Positions 40,611 to 49,963 of a stretch of DNA of 64,000 nt are shown piece after piece. Source of the stretch: Tyzzerella sp. (GTDB lineage Bacteria > Bacillota > Clostridia > Lachnospirales > Lachnospiraceae); NCBI GenBank assembly GCA_017472665.1, contig JAFUOS010000025.1, forward strand, positions 3,072-67,071. The letters run 5' to 3'. A program made the translations under genes and the position numbers. Below the pieces are notes generated by a model. The model was not told the DNA's origin, searched no databases, and saw only the letters and a list, made by a program, of their open reading frames with translations. Position 1 is the stretch's first letter. Each line of letters opens with the position of its first letter.

Positions 40611-40923
40611 TTTTGCTTTTGAGAGTTTGCTCCGGTGTGCCAGGCTTTTTTGTAAAGGGTACTCCAGGTTTAATGGGTAAATTTCTATATAGCACAAAAT
40701 TATGTTACAATACCCTTGTTTTCATGTAAAGCAAGGGTATTATGGACTATTTTCGTTCTATATCGAAAAATAGACTCCCAAAACGGCCAAAATATAGGAA
40801 TTTTAGTAGTTTTACGGGTATAGAGTAACAATTTTTTGGTATATACCCATGAGAAGGGAAATGGACGCATATGATGATACGGCTGGGTCTTGCAGCAATA
40901 TTTCTAACAGGGCAAAGTGACAG

Positions 40924-40938
40924 AATATTCTGACAATT
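40924..40938. promoter_or_regulatory. CodY-like box
   Basis: AATATTCTGACAATT; two mismatches to AATTTTCWGAAAATT. Confidence 0.4.
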
Positions 40939-40990
40939 GCAAAACAAAAATAAAGTAGAAAAATAATTTAAACAAAATTAGAAAATAGTA

Positions 40991-41019
40991 TTGACAAAAC
41001 AGAATCCCAGTGTTATTAT
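40991..41019 (+). promoter_or_regulatory. sigmaA promoter firing into an ORF-free region
   Basis: TTGACA-17-(TG)TATTAT. Confidence 0.7.
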
Positions 41020-41024
41020 AATAT

Positions 41025-41656
41025 CAACAAAAGAACTTAAGGAAAGAGGAATTTTCCAAAAGACAATTTCTGAAAAATAAATTTTCCAGACTCAAGTAAG
41101 AAAGCATTTCGAATCCATTATTTCTGACGAGAAAGGAAGTAATATAAATTCAGAAATCATCCGAAATGGGGACGGCAAATTTCAAAGTAAGAAATCTTGA
41201 AGAAAAAGAATTTCCATTAAGAATAAAAAAGAAAGAGAGGCTAGGATCCAATGGACAACTTCGAATCTACAATTCAATATGTTAGTGGTATGGCAAATGA
41301 AGAAACCTGCGACGAAAGCCTTTACCATAGATTATAATCCAGACAGATATGAAAAGGGAAAAGATAATTTGGAGAGTATAAAAAGAATCTGGATGAAAAG
41401 GAAAAGATGATATATTTGCAAACATATTGAAATAATACCACAAGGATTAAAGTTATAAAAAAGATGTGTAAAGAAACATTAGAAGATCAGATAATTATCG
41501 ACATAACTTTAATCAGTCTGAAGAAAAGGAAGAAAAAGAGGCAGCGGGTTTTAATTCATAAATATCCTCCAAATAGAAAGAGAAAAAGGTTAAAAATGAA
41601 TAAAGAAGAGATGTAAAGAGGTAGTCATTATTGAAAGAATAGTGGCTACCTTTTTT
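41025..41656 (+). ncRNA. Candidate large structured non-coding RNA (~630 nt)
   Basis: Promoter upstream, terminator at end, no ORF of 60 aa or more, several nested perfect stems of 7-12 bp. Confidence 0.6.
41619..41656 (+). terminator. Intrinsic terminator of the candidate ncRNA
   Basis: AGGTAGTCATTATT/AATAGTGGCTACCT hairpin (G-U pairs on the + strand) with T tract. Confidence 0.8.
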
Positions 41657-41770
41657 GGGGATTCTGAGTCAATAGTTGGGGTGGGATTTTTGCACATGGA
41701 TGTTTCATAGATGCATGGCAAAAAAAGGTGCCCGAATCAATATATCGTCACAAAATCTTAAGGAGTTTTT

Positions 41771-41822
41771 TGTTACACATTTGTTACATTTTTTTGACAT
41801 TAATACACTCGTGTGATAGAAT
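41771..41822 (+). promoter_or_regulatory. WalR-type box and sigmaA promoter of the TPR gene
   Basis: TGTTAC-ACATT-TGTTAC (41771-41787), then TTGACA-17-TAGAAT. Confidence 0.5.
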
Positions 41823-41884
41823 AAAAAAAGATAAAAAGATAGAACGTAAGTTATTAATTCGATAAAATATAGGGGTGAAGAACG

Positions 41885-44305
41885 GTGGATAAACATGAAT
41901 ATCGTGTAAAAACAGAACAGATGCTTGAATATATGCGTCAAAAATCCTACAAGCAAGCGATGGACATTGCAGATGCGATTGATTGGCGGAAAGTAAAAAA
42001 TATATCGATGCTTTGTGCGGTGAGTGAAATTTATGAATATAACGGGGAATATCAAAAGAGCCGTGATATTTTATTCTTGGCATATGATCGTTCACCGGAT
42101 AGTAGAAAGATTATTTATCGACTGGGTACTTTGGCGTTGAAACTGGGGGAAGTGAAGGAAGCGGCGGACTGCTACGAAGAGTTTGTTGCATTGGCACCAA
42201 AGGATCCAAATCAATATGTCTTAAAATATAAGATTTTAAAGAGCAGAAATGCATCTTTGGAAGAACAAATCGAGGCGTTAGAGGAATTTAAAAAGGTTGA
42301 ATATGTAGAAAAGTGGGCATTTGAGCTGGCAAAATTATATCAGGATGCTGGTATGACAGCGGAATGTATTGACGAATGCGACGACTTGATTTTATGGTTT
42401 AGTGAAGGAAAATACGTTTACAAAGCGATGGAATTGAAGATGCAGTACAAGCCACTTACACCATTGCAGCAGGAAAAATATAATCTGCGCAATGCAGCAC
42501 CAGCAGTGGAAGAAGCAGTTGCAGAAATTCCGGCAGCGGAGGAAACGGTTGCGGAAGTTCCAGCAGCGGAAGAAGCAGCAGATGAACCAATAGCCGAGGC
42601 AGTGGCCGTGGAAGCACCAGTAGCCGAAGAGGTTGCTGTGGAAGTGCCAGTAAATGAAGAAGTGGTTGCGGAAGCACTAGCAGTGGAAGCGCCAGTAGTA
42701 GAAGAAAAAATAATGGAAGAAATGACAGCAGGGGAGTCAGCCGTGGAAGAAAAAGTAGTCGAGGAAGCAGTCACAGAAGAAAAGAAAGAAGCCCCAACAC
42801 TCAGTATTGAAGAAATGCTTCAGGAATGGGAAGAAAAGCAAAAAGAGAATGCCGAGATGATTCGCGCCAAAGTGGAGGAAGTTGAATCAGAAAAAGCACA
42901 GGAAGAGGCAGTAGCTGCTGAACAGGTTGACGTGGAAGAAGAAAGCATTCTTCCAGATGACATCAGGCAGTTGATGGAAGAACTGGAATCAGAGTCTGCT
43001 GATATTGAAGCACAAAAAATTAAATCGGAAGAAGAAATTCAAGAACAAAGACCACAGGAAAGTGTGCATGTGAAGTCGCAGACAGAACAGCCACAGGAAG
43101 ATAAACCATTGATTCAGAAGGTGGCAGAGCAGTTGGCAGCATTGGATGTGATTCCGGCAGCGGCAGTAAAAGCGGAAACAGCAGCAAGTGCGGGAGCAGC
43201 CGTAGGTGATGGTGCAGTAGGCGGTGTAGGCGCAGCAGTGAGTGCGGGAGTTGCAGGAGCAGCGTCAGAAGTTACAGAAAAAGCATTCTTCGAAGAAGAA
43301 GGTTTTGAACAAGTTGTTTCACATGCATTTGAAGCAGGAGAAGTGAAAGAAGAAGCACCTGGAATCAAATTGGGTGATACACAGTCGATGGCAGCAGTTG
43401 CAAAGGCTTTGAAGAATAATGTAGAAGTGGAAATTCCGGAAGAAGTGGAAGAAGAGGCCGAGGAAGAGCGAAGCCAGTATGACACAGGATTTATCGTACA
43501 GGGACGTTACGACTTAGAAGCACAGAGTGCAATTGGATTGAAGGCAGGACTTACAGAAGAACAGAAGAAATTATTCTCCTACTTCGTACCTGTTCATGGC
43601 ATGAGTGAACAAATCGTAGAAGTATTACAAAACGATAAGAAATGCAAATCCAGATATGGAACATCCAGAATTGGAAACTTATTGATTATCGGCCGTAAAG
43701 GTTCTGGAAAAACGGTACTTGCAGTTGATATTGTAAAAGCGATTCAGAAAGCAAGAAAATTAAAACAAGGCAAAGTAGGAATTGTAAAAGCCGAGTCTTT
43801 GAATAAAAAAGATGTGGCAGACATTCTTGGCAAACTGCATGGTGGAGCAATTATTATCGAGAAGGCTTCCAGATTAAACCGCAAGACGATTGATGATATG
43901 TGTGAGGTCATGGAAGGTCAGACCGGTGAACTGCTTGTGGTTCTTGAAGATGAAAGAAAACCATTGGAAAAAATGCTTGCGGCATATCCACAATTTGGCA
44001 AGAAGTTTACTTCTCGTTTGGAATTGCCAGTATTTATCAATGATGAACTTGTAACATTTGGACAAACCTATGCAAAGGAAAATGGTTACAAGATTGACGA
44101 AATGGGTATTTTGGCACTCTATAGCCGCATTGATATGCTGCAGAGAAATGAGCATGTTGTAACGGTTGCAGATGTAAAAGATATTTTGGATGAAGCGATT
44201 GATAATTCGCAGAAAGCAAGCTTCAAAAAGATTGTGAAGAAGGTCTTGGGTAAAAACAAAGACGAGTCTGATAGAATCCTCTTAAGAGAAGAAGATTTTA
44301 AATAA
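41885..44305 (+). CDS. TPR-repeat protein with acidic linker and C-terminal P-loop/AAA-like domain
   Basis: N-terminal TPR-like helices; Glu/Ala-rich repeats; GRKGSGKT. Confidence 0.8.
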   Translation: MDKHEYRVKTEQMLEYMRQKSYKQAMDIADAIDWRKVKNISMLCAVSEIYEYNGEYQKSRDILFLAYDRSPDSRKIIYRLGTLALKLGEVKEAADCYEEFVALAPKDPNQYVLKYKILKSRNASLEEQIEALEEFKKVEYVEKWAFELAKLYQDAGMTAECIDECDDLILWFSEGKYVYKAMELKMQYKPLTPLQQEKYNLRNAAPAVEEAVAEIPAAEETVAEVPAAEEAADEPIAEAVAVEAPVAEEVAVEVPVNEEVVAEALAVEAPVVEEKIMEEMTAGESAVEEKVVEEAVTEEKKEAPTLSIEEMLQEWEEKQKENAEMIRAKVEEVESEKAQEEAVAAEQVDVEEESILPDDIRQLMEELESESADIEAQKIKSEEEIQEQRPQESVHVKSQTEQPQEDKPLIQKVAEQLAALDVIPAAAVKAETAASAGAAVGDGAVGGVGAAVSAGVAGAASEVTEKAFFEEEGFEQVVSHAFEAGEVKEEAPGIKLGDTQSMAAVAKALKNNVEVEIPEEVEEEAEEERSQYDTGFIVQGRYDLEAQSAIGLKAGLTEEQKKLFSYFVPVHGMSEQIVEVLQNDKKCKSRYGTSRIGNLLIIGRKGSGKTVLAVDIVKAIQKARKLKQGKVGIVKAESLNKKDVADILGKLHGGAIIIEKASRLNRKTIDDMCEVMEGQTGELLVVLEDERKPLEKMLAAYPQFGKKFTSRLELPVFINDELVTFGQTYAKENGYKIDEMGILALYSRIDMLQRNEHVVTVADVKDILDEAIDNSQKASFKKIVKKVLGKNKDESDRILLREEDFK

Positions 44306-44427
44306 AAGATTTAAAGCACAAAAGTATAAGAGTTTTGGGAGAGAAATCCTTTCCAAAACTCTTTCTTTTTACTACAAACTAAAGTATAATAGAACTACTA
44401 AGTAATTTACGCTGGGAAGGTGAAAAT

Positions 44428-46341
44428 ATGTCAAATGTAAAGAAAGAAGCTTACGAGGTTGGGGAGCTTGACCAATACTATTTTGGACAGGGGAATCATT
44501 ATGAGATTTATAAAAAGCTCGGTGCGCATCTCGTAACAAAAGGAAAACAGCAAGGAGTGTATTTTGCAGTTTGGGCTCCACATGCGAAGTCAGTGTCGGT
44601 GGTCGGAGATTTTAATAACTGGGATCCAAAAGCAAATGTAATGACGAGGGAGGAACCTCTTGGTATTTATACGAGTTTTGTACCGGAAGCAGAAAAAGGA
44701 AGTCTGTATAAATATTGCATTGAAACATACAGAGGGGATTTGATTTACAAAGCAGACCCGTTCGCAAACTATGCGGAATTAAGACCGGGAAATGCATCCA
44801 GAGTGACGGACATTAGTGATTTAAAATGGACGGACAGTAAATGGATGGAAGCTCGCGAGCAGTGGAATCATAAGGAAAACCCAGTTTCTGTCTATGAGGT
44901 ACATATCGGTTCATGGAAAAAACATCCGGATCGAGAAGATGCAGGAGCTTTTTACAGCTACCGTGAATTTGCAGAAGAAGCAACAAAATATGTGAAAGAG
45001 ATGGGATATACTCACGTGGAATTGATGGGTATCGCAGAGCATCCATTTGACGGCTCGTGGGGATATCAGGTGACAGGTTATTATGCACCAACATCGCGCT
45101 ACGGAACACCAGAAGATTTTGCATATATGATCAACTATTTCCATAAGAATAAAATTGGTGTCATTCTTGACTGGGTACCGGCCCATTTCCCAAGGGATGG
45201 TCATGGTTTGGCTGATTTTGATGGGACAGCTACTTATGAATATGCAGATCCTCGCAAGGGAGAGCACCCAGACTGGGGAACCAAGATTTTTGATTACGGC
45301 AAGGCAGAGGTAAAGAACTTCCTGATTGCAAATGCATTGTTCTGGATTGAACATTTCCATGTGGATGGTCTTCGTGTGGACGCAGTTGCTTCTATGTTGT
45401 ATCTGGATTATGGAAAGAAAGATGGACAATGGGTAGCAAACGAATACGGCGGCAATCAGAATTTAGAAGCAATCGAATTCTTTAAACATATGAACTCTGT
45501 GATTCTTGGAAGACATCCAGGTGTTATGATGATTGCAGAGGAATCGACTGCATGGCCAAAAGTAACTGGAAAACCGGAGGATGATGGACTTGGTTTCAGC
45601 TTGAAATGGAACATGGGCTGGATGCATGATTTTACAGAATATATGAAGCTGGACCCATATTTCAGAAAAGGTGCACATTATAATATGACATTTGCTATGA
45701 GCTATGCTTATAGTGAAAATTATATTTTGGTATTGTCGCATGATGAAGTAGTTCATTTGAAATGTTCTATGCTCAACAAGATGCCAGGACTTGGCTTTGA
45801 TAAATTTGCAAACCTGAAAGCCGGCTATGCATTTATGATGGGACATTCTGGTAAGAAATTATTGTTTATGGGACAGGATTTTGCACAGCTTCAGGAATGG
45901 AGCGAGGCACGCGAGTTAGACTGGTATCTGCTTGCAGAGGATTCTCACAGACAGATTCAGGAATTCACAAAAGATCTATTGCATTTATATAAGAAGAATA
46001 AGGCAATGTATGATTGTGATTGCGACCCTGCGGGATTTGAATGGATTAATGCGGATGACAGGGATAGAAGTATTTACAGCTTTATGAGACATTCGAAAGA
46101 TGGTAAGAAGAATTTGTTATTTGTATGTAACTTCACGCCAGTGGCGAGACCGGATTACCGTGTGGGTGTATCGAGAAGAAAACAATACAAACTGATTATC
46201 AACAGTGACGATGTCAAATATGGCGGACAAGGTGCGGAACGCCCGTTAGTGTATAAGCCAGTGAAAGAAGAGTGTGACGGCAGAAAGTATTCGTTTGGAT
46301 ATGATTTGCCAGCATATGGTGTTGCAGTCTTTGAATTTTAA
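44428..46341 (+). CDS. glgB: 1,4-alpha-glucan branching enzyme
   Basis: FAVWAPHA, SWGYQVTGYY, DWVPAHF, LRVDAVASM, AEEST, LSHDEVVH. Confidence 0.97.
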   Translation: MSNVKKEAYEVGELDQYYFGQGNHYEIYKKLGAHLVTKGKQQGVYFAVWAPHAKSVSVVGDFNNWDPKANVMTREEPLGIYTSFVPEAEKGSLYKYCIETYRGDLIYKADPFANYAELRPGNASRVTDISDLKWTDSKWMEAREQWNHKENPVSVYEVHIGSWKKHPDREDAGAFYSYREFAEEATKYVKEMGYTHVELMGIAEHPFDGSWGYQVTGYYAPTSRYGTPEDFAYMINYFHKNKIGVILDWVPAHFPRDGHGLADFDGTATYEYADPRKGEHPDWGTKIFDYGKAEVKNFLIANALFWIEHFHVDGLRVDAVASMLYLDYGKKDGQWVANEYGGNQNLEAIEFFKHMNSVILGRHPGVMMIAEESTAWPKVTGKPEDDGLGFSLKWNMGWMHDFTEYMKLDPYFRKGAHYNMTFAMSYAYSENYILVLSHDEVVHLKCSMLNKMPGLGFDKFANLKAGYAFMMGHSGKKLLFMGQDFAQLQEWSEARELDWYLLAEDSHRQIQEFTKDLLHLYKKNKAMYDCDCDPAGFEWINADDRDRSIYSFMRHSKDGKKNLLFVCNFTPVARPDYRVGVSRRKQYKLIINSDDVKYGGQGAERPLVYKPVKEECDGRKYSFGYDLPAYGVAVFEF

Positions 46342-46431
46342 TCATGATCTAAAAGAGTAGAAGTTTTGAAAATCTGAGGTGGGATTCTCCTGCCTCAGAT
46401 TCTTTGAGAAGAGAAAAAGAGAGGAAAAAGG

Positions 46432-47082
46432 ATGAGATTACGAAATATTCCGGGTGCTGATGATGTGATTCAAAAGCACCCGGTTGCGATAAAAAATGAG
46501 ACAGAGCAGCGAGGAAAATGGGCTGAAGTGTTTGGCAATGACCATCCGATTCATATCGAGATCGGGATGGGGAAAGGTCAGTTTTTATTGACACTTGCAA
46601 AACAGAATCCGGAAATCAATTACATTGGAATTGAGCGGTATTCCAGTGTATTACTTCGTGCTCTGGAAAAATTTGATACAGAGGAATTTTGTGAACTTAC
46701 CAATATCCGATTTATCTGTATGGATGCATTTACGCTGCCAGAGGTGTTCGAACTTGGAGAAGTGGATAAAATATATCTGAATTTCTCGGACCCTTGGCCG
46801 AAGGCAAGACATGCGAACAGACGACTTACTTCTACGAGATTTTTTGCCCAGTACGATAAAGTGCTGGCGAAGGGAGGCGCTGTAGAGTTTAAGACAGATA
46901 ATCGTCTGTTATTCGAGTTTTCATTGGAACAGGTGGAAGAGGCCGGATGGAAACTTTTGGCGCATACATTTGACCTGCATCATGATGAGACGATGAACGC
47001 AGGAAATGTTATGACAGAATATGAGCAGAAATTTTCCAGTATGGGAAATCCGATTCACAAATTAATAGCAACAAGGAAGTAA
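46432..47082 (+). CDS. trmB: tRNA (guanine-N7)-methyltransferase
   Basis: EIGMGKG, LNFSDPWPK, FKTD, MTEYEQKF. Confidence 0.96.
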   Translation: MRLRNIPGADDVIQKHPVAIKNETEQRGKWAEVFGNDHPIHIEIGMGKGQFLLTLAKQNPEINYIGIERYSSVLLRALEKFDTEEFCELTNIRFICMDAFTLPEVFELGEVDKIYLNFSDPWPKARHANRRLTSTRFFAQYDKVLAKGGAVEFKTDNRLLFEFSLEQVEEAGWKLLAHTFDLHHDETMNAGNVMTEYEQKFSSMGNPIHKLIATRK

Positions 47083-47265
47083 TCTGCATATTCTATAGAA
47101 AAGGGATATGGGGCAAATTTATGGGACGAAGTTTTCATGGTGCATCGTGCAGCCACTGGTGTAAATGCTGCATGCGCAGAATGAAGAGATCCTTTCGCGA
47201 GGTCTGTCGTATTTTGAACAGAAGACACAGAAGGAAATGTACATAGCGCGATGAGGAGGTGCAGT

Positions 47266-47550
47266 ATGAAAGCGAAAATGATTGTGCTGTTTGCCCACTG
47301 GTGTCCAAAATGCAATATGATGATGCCGATTGTGGATGAGGTGGAAGCATACTATGGAGAAAAACTGCAGGTGGTACGGATTGATGTAGAGAAGGAACCG
47401 GGGAAAATGGAAGAATATGAGGCGGAGATTGTACCGACATTTATTCTTTTTTGGGAAGAGCACGAGGTTGGAAGGATGGCTGGAATGCTTGGTGAAAAGA
47501 CAGTATATGCACGAATCAATTCGATGCTTTTGAATGAAAATGCAAAATAA
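47266..47550 (+). CDS. Thioredoxin-family protein
   Basis: FAHWCPKC, IVPTF; ATG 47266 behind AGGAGG. Confidence 0.85.
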   Translation: MKAKMIVLFAHWCPKCNMMMPIVDEVEAYYGEKLQVVRIDVEKEPGKMEEYEAEIVPTFILFWEEHEVGRMAGMLGEKTVYARINSMLLNENAK

Positions 47551-47641
47551 GGATATCGTATAGGCAAGCCGGTTGGCTTGCTTTTCTTTTTCTTTTCGCT
47601 GGCTTTGAGAAAAAATGCTTTGGGAAAAAATAAAAAAATGC

Positions 47642-47670
47642 TTGCAATTGTGTGGAAAGCGTTATATAAT
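47642..47670 (+). promoter_or_regulatory. tRNA promoter
   Basis: TTGCAA-17-TATAAT. Confidence 0.75.
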
Positions 47671-47696
47671 AAGTCTTGCGTTACGAAGTAACAGAT

Positions 47697-47769
47697 GCGC
47701 GATTAGCTCAGTTGGTAGAGCACCTGACTCTTAATCAGGGTGTCCAGGGTTCGAACCCCTGATCGCGCA
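47697..47769 (+). tRNA. tRNA-Lys (anticodon CTT)
   Basis: GCGCGAT/ATCGCGC acceptor stem, TAGCTCAGTTGGTAGAGC D arm, CCTGA-CTCTTAA-TCAGG anticodon arm, GTTCGAA T loop; CCA not encoded. Confidence 0.97.
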
Positions 47770-47771
47770 CT

Positions 47772-47804
47772 AGCGTTGAAATCATTAGGTTTCAGCGCTT
47801 TTTT
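47772..47804 (+). terminator. tRNA terminator
   Basis: AGCGTTGAAA/TTTCAGCGCT hairpin with T tract. Confidence 0.7.
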
Positions 47805-48029
47805 CTTTATAGGAAAGTGGACTCGCAGAGATGCGGATAAGTAACAAGGATGTAATAATATAAGAAGGTATAGGATAAATGGCTCTGATGCATAGTGCAC
47901 CAGAGCCATTTATCATTTTTATTCTGGAAACAAGTGTGATATTTGCAATGTTTTGATGGATATTTGTCGAGAAGTTTAAATGCCAATTTGCTAATATAAA
48001 ATTAACGCAAATTTAATATAAGCCAGACG

Positions 48030-48043
48030 TGTAAGCGTTTACA
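48030..48043. promoter_or_regulatory. LacI-family/cre-type operator of the glycan operon
   Basis: TGTAAGCGTTTACA palindrome inside a larger GCCAG..CTGGC hairpin. Confidence 0.7.
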
Positions 48044-48123
48044 ACGCGCCTGGCAAAAAGTGGCAATATTTTTGCAAAAAAATTGTAGTAAAGTATTAGT
48101 AGTTAAAGGGAGGGAACGCTAGC

Positions 48124-49947
48124 ATGTATTATTTCAAAACACACAAAATTAAACCTCAAGGCTGGATGCGGCAACAGCTGGAGGTACAGGCAAAAGGGCT
48201 ATCCGGAAATTTGGACAAAATTTGGCCAGATGTAAGAGATAGTGCTTGGATTGGAGGCGATAGAGAAGGATGGGAACGAGTCCCATATTGGTTAGATGGA
48301 TTTATTCCATTGGCTTGGTTTTTAGAGGATGAAGACCTGAAAAATCGTGCTGATAAGTACATTAATGCCATTGTGGAACGTCAAAAAGAGGATGGATGGA
48401 TTTGTCCTGGCAATGATGAAGACAGAGCACAATACGACGTTTGGGCAGTATTTTTAATTGGAAAGGTTTTTACAGTCTATTGGGATTTTACTGGAAGTGA
48501 AAAAGTCAAGCAGAGTCTGTATAAAGCTATGAAATGTCTGTTCCATATGATGAAAGAAAAGAAAGTTGCTTTGTTTGAGTGGGGCAAATTCAGATGGTAT
48601 GAGTGCCTGATTCCACTGCAGTTTCTCTATGATGAATATCATGAACCATGGATTATAGAGCTAGGAGAGATTTTAAGAGAACAAGGTGTGAAATTTACAG
48701 ATTACATAGACGTCTGGAAAAGACCTTTAAATAAATGGACTCTTGAAACACACGTAGTCAATCTGGTTATGATGTTAAAGTATGAAGCGCTGTGCAGTAA
48801 ATTTTTCGGAGAACCTTACGAAAATGTTGCTGAGGAATTATGGAGTACGCTAGTAGAGTATAACGGAACTGCAGTTGGCACTCTTACTGGTGATGAATGT
48901 CTTTCGGGACTCAAGAATAATCAGGGAACCGAGCTTTGCTCAGTAGTGGAGCTGATGTATTCTTTTGAGGTTCTTTATAGCATCACAAAAGATCCTGTAT
49001 GGGCAGAACGACTTGAAAAAGTGGCATTCAATGCATTGCCAGCTACAATAAGTGATGATATGTGGAGCCATCAATATGATCAACAGGTGAATCAGATTGC
49101 ATGTATGGCATTCCCAGGAAAGTCACACTTCCGTACCAATGGTCCGGAATCGCACCTTTTTGGATTGGAACCACATTTTGGATGCTGTACATCCAATTTC
49201 CATCAGGGCTGGCCAAAGCTATTGTGGAGCGCTTTTTCAGAGAATGAAGGAATTGAATGTGATTTGATGCTGCCTGCTACATATGAAACTGAAGTTTCTG
49301 GAACAAATGTAAAGATCACATTAATCACAGAATATCCATTCCGTCATTCTTGTAAATACATTGTAGAAGCAGAAGCACCTGTGGAATTCCAGTTGAAAAT
49401 CAGAATTCCAAAATGGTCTAAGCAGTACGAATGCAATGGAGAAGTAAAGGAAAATGAGGGCTATTTAGTATTAAAACAATTATGGAATAAAAAACAAGAG
49501 TTTACCTTGAAACTATTTGATGAACCACATCTTGTAAATAGACCAATGGGACTTAAAGTTGCAGAATATGGACCGCTTGTCTTTTCATTGCCGATCGAGA
49601 CAAAATACGAAATGCATGAATATGAAAGAGATGGAGTGGAACGTAAATTCCCTTATTGTGACTATGAATTAATTCCAACTTCGGAATGGAGATTTGGATA
49701 CCACAGTGAAATGTTTTCTGTGTGTGAACATGAGGGAGATGCTATTCCGTTTTCTTCACAGCACCCGAGGGTAACACTTCAAGCAGAAATGAAGCCGATA
49801 GAGTGGGAATATGAAGACGGATATGACAGTGTTGCTGCACTTTGTCCTTCAGGAAAAGAAAGAGAAGGTGAATTGGTAACTATGGCATTGCATCCTTATG
49901 GGTGTTCAAAGTTACGTATGACAGAAATGCCATTGATTATAAAATAG
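48124..49947 (+). CDS. GH127/GH146-type beta-L-arabinofuranosidase-like glycosidase
   Basis: IKPQGW, WERVPYWLDG, GDE, TELCSVVE, FNALPA, GCC, TEYPF. Confidence 0.85.
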   Translation: MYYFKTHKIKPQGWMRQQLEVQAKGLSGNLDKIWPDVRDSAWIGGDREGWERVPYWLDGFIPLAWFLEDEDLKNRADKYINAIVERQKEDGWICPGNDEDRAQYDVWAVFLIGKVFTVYWDFTGSEKVKQSLYKAMKCLFHMMKEKKVALFEWGKFRWYECLIPLQFLYDEYHEPWIIELGEILREQGVKFTDYIDVWKRPLNKWTLETHVVNLVMMLKYEALCSKFFGEPYENVAEELWSTLVEYNGTAVGTLTGDECLSGLKNNQGTELCSVVELMYSFEVLYSITKDPVWAERLEKVAFNALPATISDDMWSHQYDQQVNQIACMAFPGKSHFRTNGPESHLFGLEPHFGCCTSNFHQGWPKLLWSAFSENEGIECDLMLPATYETEVSGTNVKITLITEYPFRHSCKYIVEAEAPVEFQLKIRIPKWSKQYECNGEVKENEGYLVLKQLWNKKQEFTLKLFDEPHLVNRPMGLKVAEYGPLVFSLPIETKYEMHEYERDGVERKFPYCDYELIPTSEWRFGYHSEMFSVCEHEGDAIPFSSQHPRVTLQAEMKPIEWEYEDGYDSVAALCPSGKEREGELVTMALHPYGCSKLRMTEMPLIIK

Positions 49948-49963
49948 AATAGGAGGGATTTTT

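Noticed and set aside
41025-41656. CsrB-like GGA sponge
   Set aside because: About a dozen GGA words, roughly what this purine-rich composition would give, and not in repeated hairpin loops
41705-42095. Minus-strand ORFs of 116 and 103 aa
   Set aside because: Overlap the TPR gene start and promoter; composition typical of spurious ORFs
44911-45846. Antisense ORFs of 172 and 127 aa
   Set aside because: Shadows of glgB
47108-47164. 18-aa peptide ORF MGQIYGTKFSWCIVQPLV upstream of the thioredoxin
   Set aside because: Weak RBS only; no other support from the sequence alone
47770-48120. Prophage/ICE integrase at tRNA-Lys
   Set aside because: No integrase or duplicated tRNA 3' end in the window
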